Below are positions 61,279-64,000 of a stretch of DNA of 64,000 bases, piece after piece. The notes beneath the pieces are model-generated. The model saw only the letters and a program-made list of their open reading frames with translations, was not told the DNA's origin and ran no database searches. Origin of the DNA: an uncultured Peptoniphilus sp. (GTDB taxonomy: Bacteria; Bacillota; Clostridia; Tissierellales; Peptoniphilaceae); contig CABTZF010000001.1 of assembly GCA_902489255.1 (NCBI GenBank), positions 9,032-73,031 of the forward strand, given 5' to 3'. Numbering within the stretch: the first letter of the stretch is position 1; each line of letters begins with the position of its first letter. The translations under genes were made by a program, and so were the position numbers.

Positions 61279-61968
61279 ATGACAACAAAAATTTTACTTA
61301 TTGAAGATGAAGATTCAATTAGAAAATTCGTTAAAATAAATTTAGAGCGAGAAGGTTATAAAATATTTGAGGCTTCAGACGGAGAAGACGGAATAGATAT
61401 AGCTAGAAAAGTTGAACCGGAAATAGTTGTATTAGACATTATGCTTCCAGGGATCGACGGTTTTGAAGTATGTAAGATTTTAAGAAAAGAGTTTCCAAAT
61501 TTAGGAATAATTATGCTTACAGCTAAAGCTGAAGACTATGATAAAATAATGGGTCTGCAGTATGGAACTGATGATTATATGACAAAACCATTTAATCCAA
61601 CAGAACTTACTTTAAGGATAAAATCTCTTGAAAGAAGATTAGAACCTGATGATTTTACTAGCGACAATTATATAATTCAGAATCAATTTAAGCTTGATTA
61701 TTATCAAAGAAAATTTTATAAAGACAATGAAGAGATAGAATTAACTCCTACAGAATATCAAATTATGAAAATTTTTATGGAAAATCCCAAAAAAGCTATG
61801 AATAGGGATGAAATATTAAAGATGGTTTGGGGAAGTGACTTTATTGGGGATTCAAAAATTGTTGATGTTAATATTAGAAGATTGCGTGCAAAAATAGAAG
61901 AGAATCCAGCCAAACCAATTTTTATTGAAACTGTTTGGGGATTAGGTTATAGGTGGCAAGGTGAATAA
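61279..61968 (+). CDS. OmpR-family response regulator
   Basis: Receiver domain (LLIEDED, VVLDIMLPGIDG, MLTAK) and a winged-helix output domain (IETVWGLGYRW). Confidence 0.9.
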   Translation: MTTKILLIEDEDSIRKFVKINLEREGYKIFEASDGEDGIDIARKVEPEIVVLDIMLPGIDGFEVCKILRKEFPNLGIIMLTAKAEDYDKIMGLQYGTDDYMTKPFNPTELTLRIKSLERRLEPDDFTSDNYIIQNQFKLDYYQRKFYKDNEEIELTPTEYQIMKIFMENPKKAMNRDEILKMVWGSDFIGDSKIVDVNIRRLRAKIEENPAKPIFIETVWGLGYRWQGE

Positions 61969-63375
61969 TTGAAAAATAGAATTGGGAAAAGACTTGTTAA
62001 AAGTTATTTATTGCTAATTATTACAACTATTGTTTTGCTTGACATATTTTTGCTAATTGGATTCAAAATTTTTTATTATAGGAATGTTGAAAATGAGTTA
62101 ATAAATAGACTGAATTTTTCAATAAATTTTTATAATAGGAATTATTCTGATAAAAATTTAGAGGATATTATCATTGAAGATAATGATATTTTTTGGACTT
62201 ATACCAATGCTGAAGTACAAATTTTAGATCCTCAAGGCAGGGTAATTATAGATTCAATTGGTGCAACATACGAAGAACCTATAACATCTCAGGATTTTCT
62301 TTTTGCAAAATCCGGTCGTATAAAACCGTGGACAGGTAAATCCAATACTACAAGCGGAACAATTATGGCCATCTCCTCTCCAATTATTAACAGTGGTGGT
62401 AAAACTATTGGATATTTAAGATTTGTTGCGTCAATGGAAGAAGCAAATCTTGCAATTCTTAAAACATTGATCACTTTAATTATATTTTCAATTATTTTAT
62501 CAATTCTCACAACTGTTGTATCAATTTTATTATCAAGGACTATTGTAAAACCAATAATTAACCTAACTGAAGTTGCAAGGAAAATGGCTGACGGTCAATA
62601 TAAGGTCAAGGCAAAAGATTGGGGCAATGATGAGATAGGGGAGTTAGCCAAAACATTAAATACTATGGCTGAAGAGATTCTAAAAAAAGACCAAATAAAA
62701 AATGATTTTATTTCATCAATTTCACACGAACTTAGAACGCCCTTAACTTCAATTAAGGGCTGGGCTGTAGTATTAAAAGATTCCAAGGGCGATGAAAATT
62801 TATTAGCTGAAGGACTTTCTATAATAGAAAATGAGTCGGACAGACTGTCAAAAATGGTGGAAGAGCTTTTGGACTTTTCAAGGTTTATTTCCGGACGTAT
62901 GACCTTAGAAAAAGAGCTATTTGATATAGCTCAAACAGTCAAAGATGTTACAAAACAAATGAGACCAAGAGCCAATTCAAATAAAATTGATTTCCAAATT
63001 GAATTGATGGAGGAACCTTGTCTTACAATTGGTGATGAAAATAGAATAAAACAATTATTAATCAATATAATTGATAATGCAATTAAATTTACTTCTGAAA
63101 ACGGTTGGGTTAAAGTTCAATCTTTTGAAGAGAAAAATATCTTTAATGTACTTGTGTCTGACAATGGTTACGGTATGAATAAAACAGATTTAGCCCATGT
63201 AAAAGAAAAATTTTATAAAGGAAAACATTCAAAGAGTCATTCAGGACTTGGACTTTCAATATCAGATGAGATTGTTAAACTTCATAATGGAACACTGGAT
63301 ATTTTTTCAGAGTTAAATATAGGTACTACAATTAAAATCAGTTTACCTATTACTAAAGAGGAGGAAATAGCGTGA
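61969..63375 (+). CDS. sensor histidine kinase (HAMP-HisKA-HATPase)
   Basis: Two TM helices flanking an extracytoplasmic domain of about 140 aa. HAMP, H-box SHELRTPLTSIKGW, N-box IDNAIKFT and G-box GLGLSI. TTG start directly after the RR stop. Confidence 0.88.
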   Translation: MKNRIGKRLVKSYLLLIITTIVLLDIFLLIGFKIFYYRNVENELINRLNFSINFYNRNYSDKNLEDIIIEDNDIFWTYTNAEVQILDPQGRVIIDSIGATYEEPITSQDFLFAKSGRIKPWTGKSNTTSGTIMAISSPIINSGGKTIGYLRFVASMEEANLAILKTLITLIIFSIILSILTTVVSILLSRTIVKPIINLTEVARKMADGQYKVKAKDWGNDEIGELAKTLNTMAEEILKKDQIKNDFISSISHELRTPLTSIKGWAVVLKDSKGDENLLAEGLSIIENESDRLSKMVEELLDFSRFISGRMTLEKELFDIAQTVKDVTKQMRPRANSNKIDFQIELMEEPCLTIGDENRIKQLLINIIDNAIKFTSENGWVKVQSFEEKNIFNVLVSDNGYGMNKTDLAHVKEKFYKGKHSKSHSGLGLSISDEIVKLHNGTLDIFSELNIGTTIKISLPITKEEEIA

Positions 63376-64000
63376 AAAAGTCTTTAATTTTTATTATTCT
63401 AATATTTTTAACAGCTTGCTCTCTGATAAACTCCAAAGGTACAAACATTCAAACACCCAAAATAGTTAAACCACCAATTTATGGAAAATGGACAATTACA
63501 AAATTTATTAGTTCTGATAAGTTAAATGAAGATAATTTTGAATACAAAGATATAATAGGTGTTGATGTACTATTTGCTTGTGATGAAGCTATGATTGCAG
63601 GAGACTATATTAAAGATCCAAGTTATAGGACCAAATATGTTAACCTCGCAACATATTTATATAAAAAGTATAATTTGAATTTTGAAAATTTAAATGTTCC
63701 TAATAAAGAAGCCTATGCTATATTAATTCGACAAAATGATTCAGTATACTATGAAGTTATAAAATATTCGGATGATACAGCCTTTATAATTAGAAATAAT
63801 TTTATTTTTCAAATTTCTAAAACTGATGATGAACTGACAGAAAAGCAATTAAAACTTGATATAGCTGAAAAGAAGGAAGAAGGTAGCGACCTAACAATTG
63901 AAACCATAAGCGATAAAACTGACAACGGCTTAATGCTTGGATTAAGAGAACCCAATGAATCAAAATTACCATCATATAATTATAAAACTATATATATTAA
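63372..64000 (+). CDS. lipoprotein, 3-prime partial (runs off the window)
   Basis: The GTG start overlaps the kinase stop (GTGA). VKKSLIFIILIFLTAC gives a signal peptide plus LTAC lipobox. I read the frame as open through position 64000. It is not in the ORF track because no stop is reached. Confidence 0.6.
   Translation, partial: MKKSLIFIILIFLTACSLINSKGTNIQTPKIVKPPIYGKWTITKFISSDKLNEDNFEYKDIIGVDVLFACDEAMIAGDYIKDPSYRTKYVNLATYLYKKYNLNFENLNVPNKEAYAILIRQNDSVYYEVIKYSDDTAFIIRNNFIFQISKTDDELTEKQLKLDIAEKKEEGSDLTIETISDKTDNGLMLGLREPNESKLPSYNYKTIYI

Overview
This is a 64-kb chromosomal window from a low-GC Firmicute. Gene content and order look Clostridia/Tissierellia-like, possibly Peptoniphilaceae, but that taxon is only a guess. 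No database search was possible. All calls rest on reading the supplied ORF translations and the DNA, and on motifs recalled from known families.

Every intact gene is on the + strand. The only minus-strand coding remnant is a decayed IS30-family transposase.

Two conserved housekeeping blocks flank an accessory island:
- Block 1 (1-19.7 kb): rhomboid, asnS-leuS, yicC-gmk-rpoZ-coaBC-priA-def-fmt-rsmB-rlmN-stp-prkC-rsgA-rpe-thiamine diphosphokinase-rpmB.
- Block 2 (33.2-64 kb): prfB-pyrF-pyrE, mpg, ecfA1A2T-truA, agcS, asp23-nusB-xseAB-ispA-tlyA-recN, nudix-punA, scpAB, rluB, cmk-plsC-ispH/S1 fusion, cdaA-cdaR-guaB, and a two-component system.
- Island (about 19.7-33.2 kb, roughly 13.5 kb), which contains:
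  - a 571-bp internally deleted IS30 remnant that truncates a decayed membrane-protein gene;
  - a tightly packed five-gene envelope operon (SLH-only protein, copper-amine-oxidase-N-domain protein, SPFH/SHOCT protein, double zinc-ribbon membrane protein, lipoprotein). It resembles a PspA-less, permuted YdjI/G/H module joined to cell-wall-binding proteins, and two of its genes carry single-base frameshifts;
  - a loose cluster of methyltransferases, hydrolases and membrane proteins with a duplicated-cassette remnant;
  - a class II Fic protein whose promoter region is a tandem duplication bracketed by inverted repeats.

I saw no rRNA, tRNA or CRISPR array, and no recognisable riboswitch or T-box.
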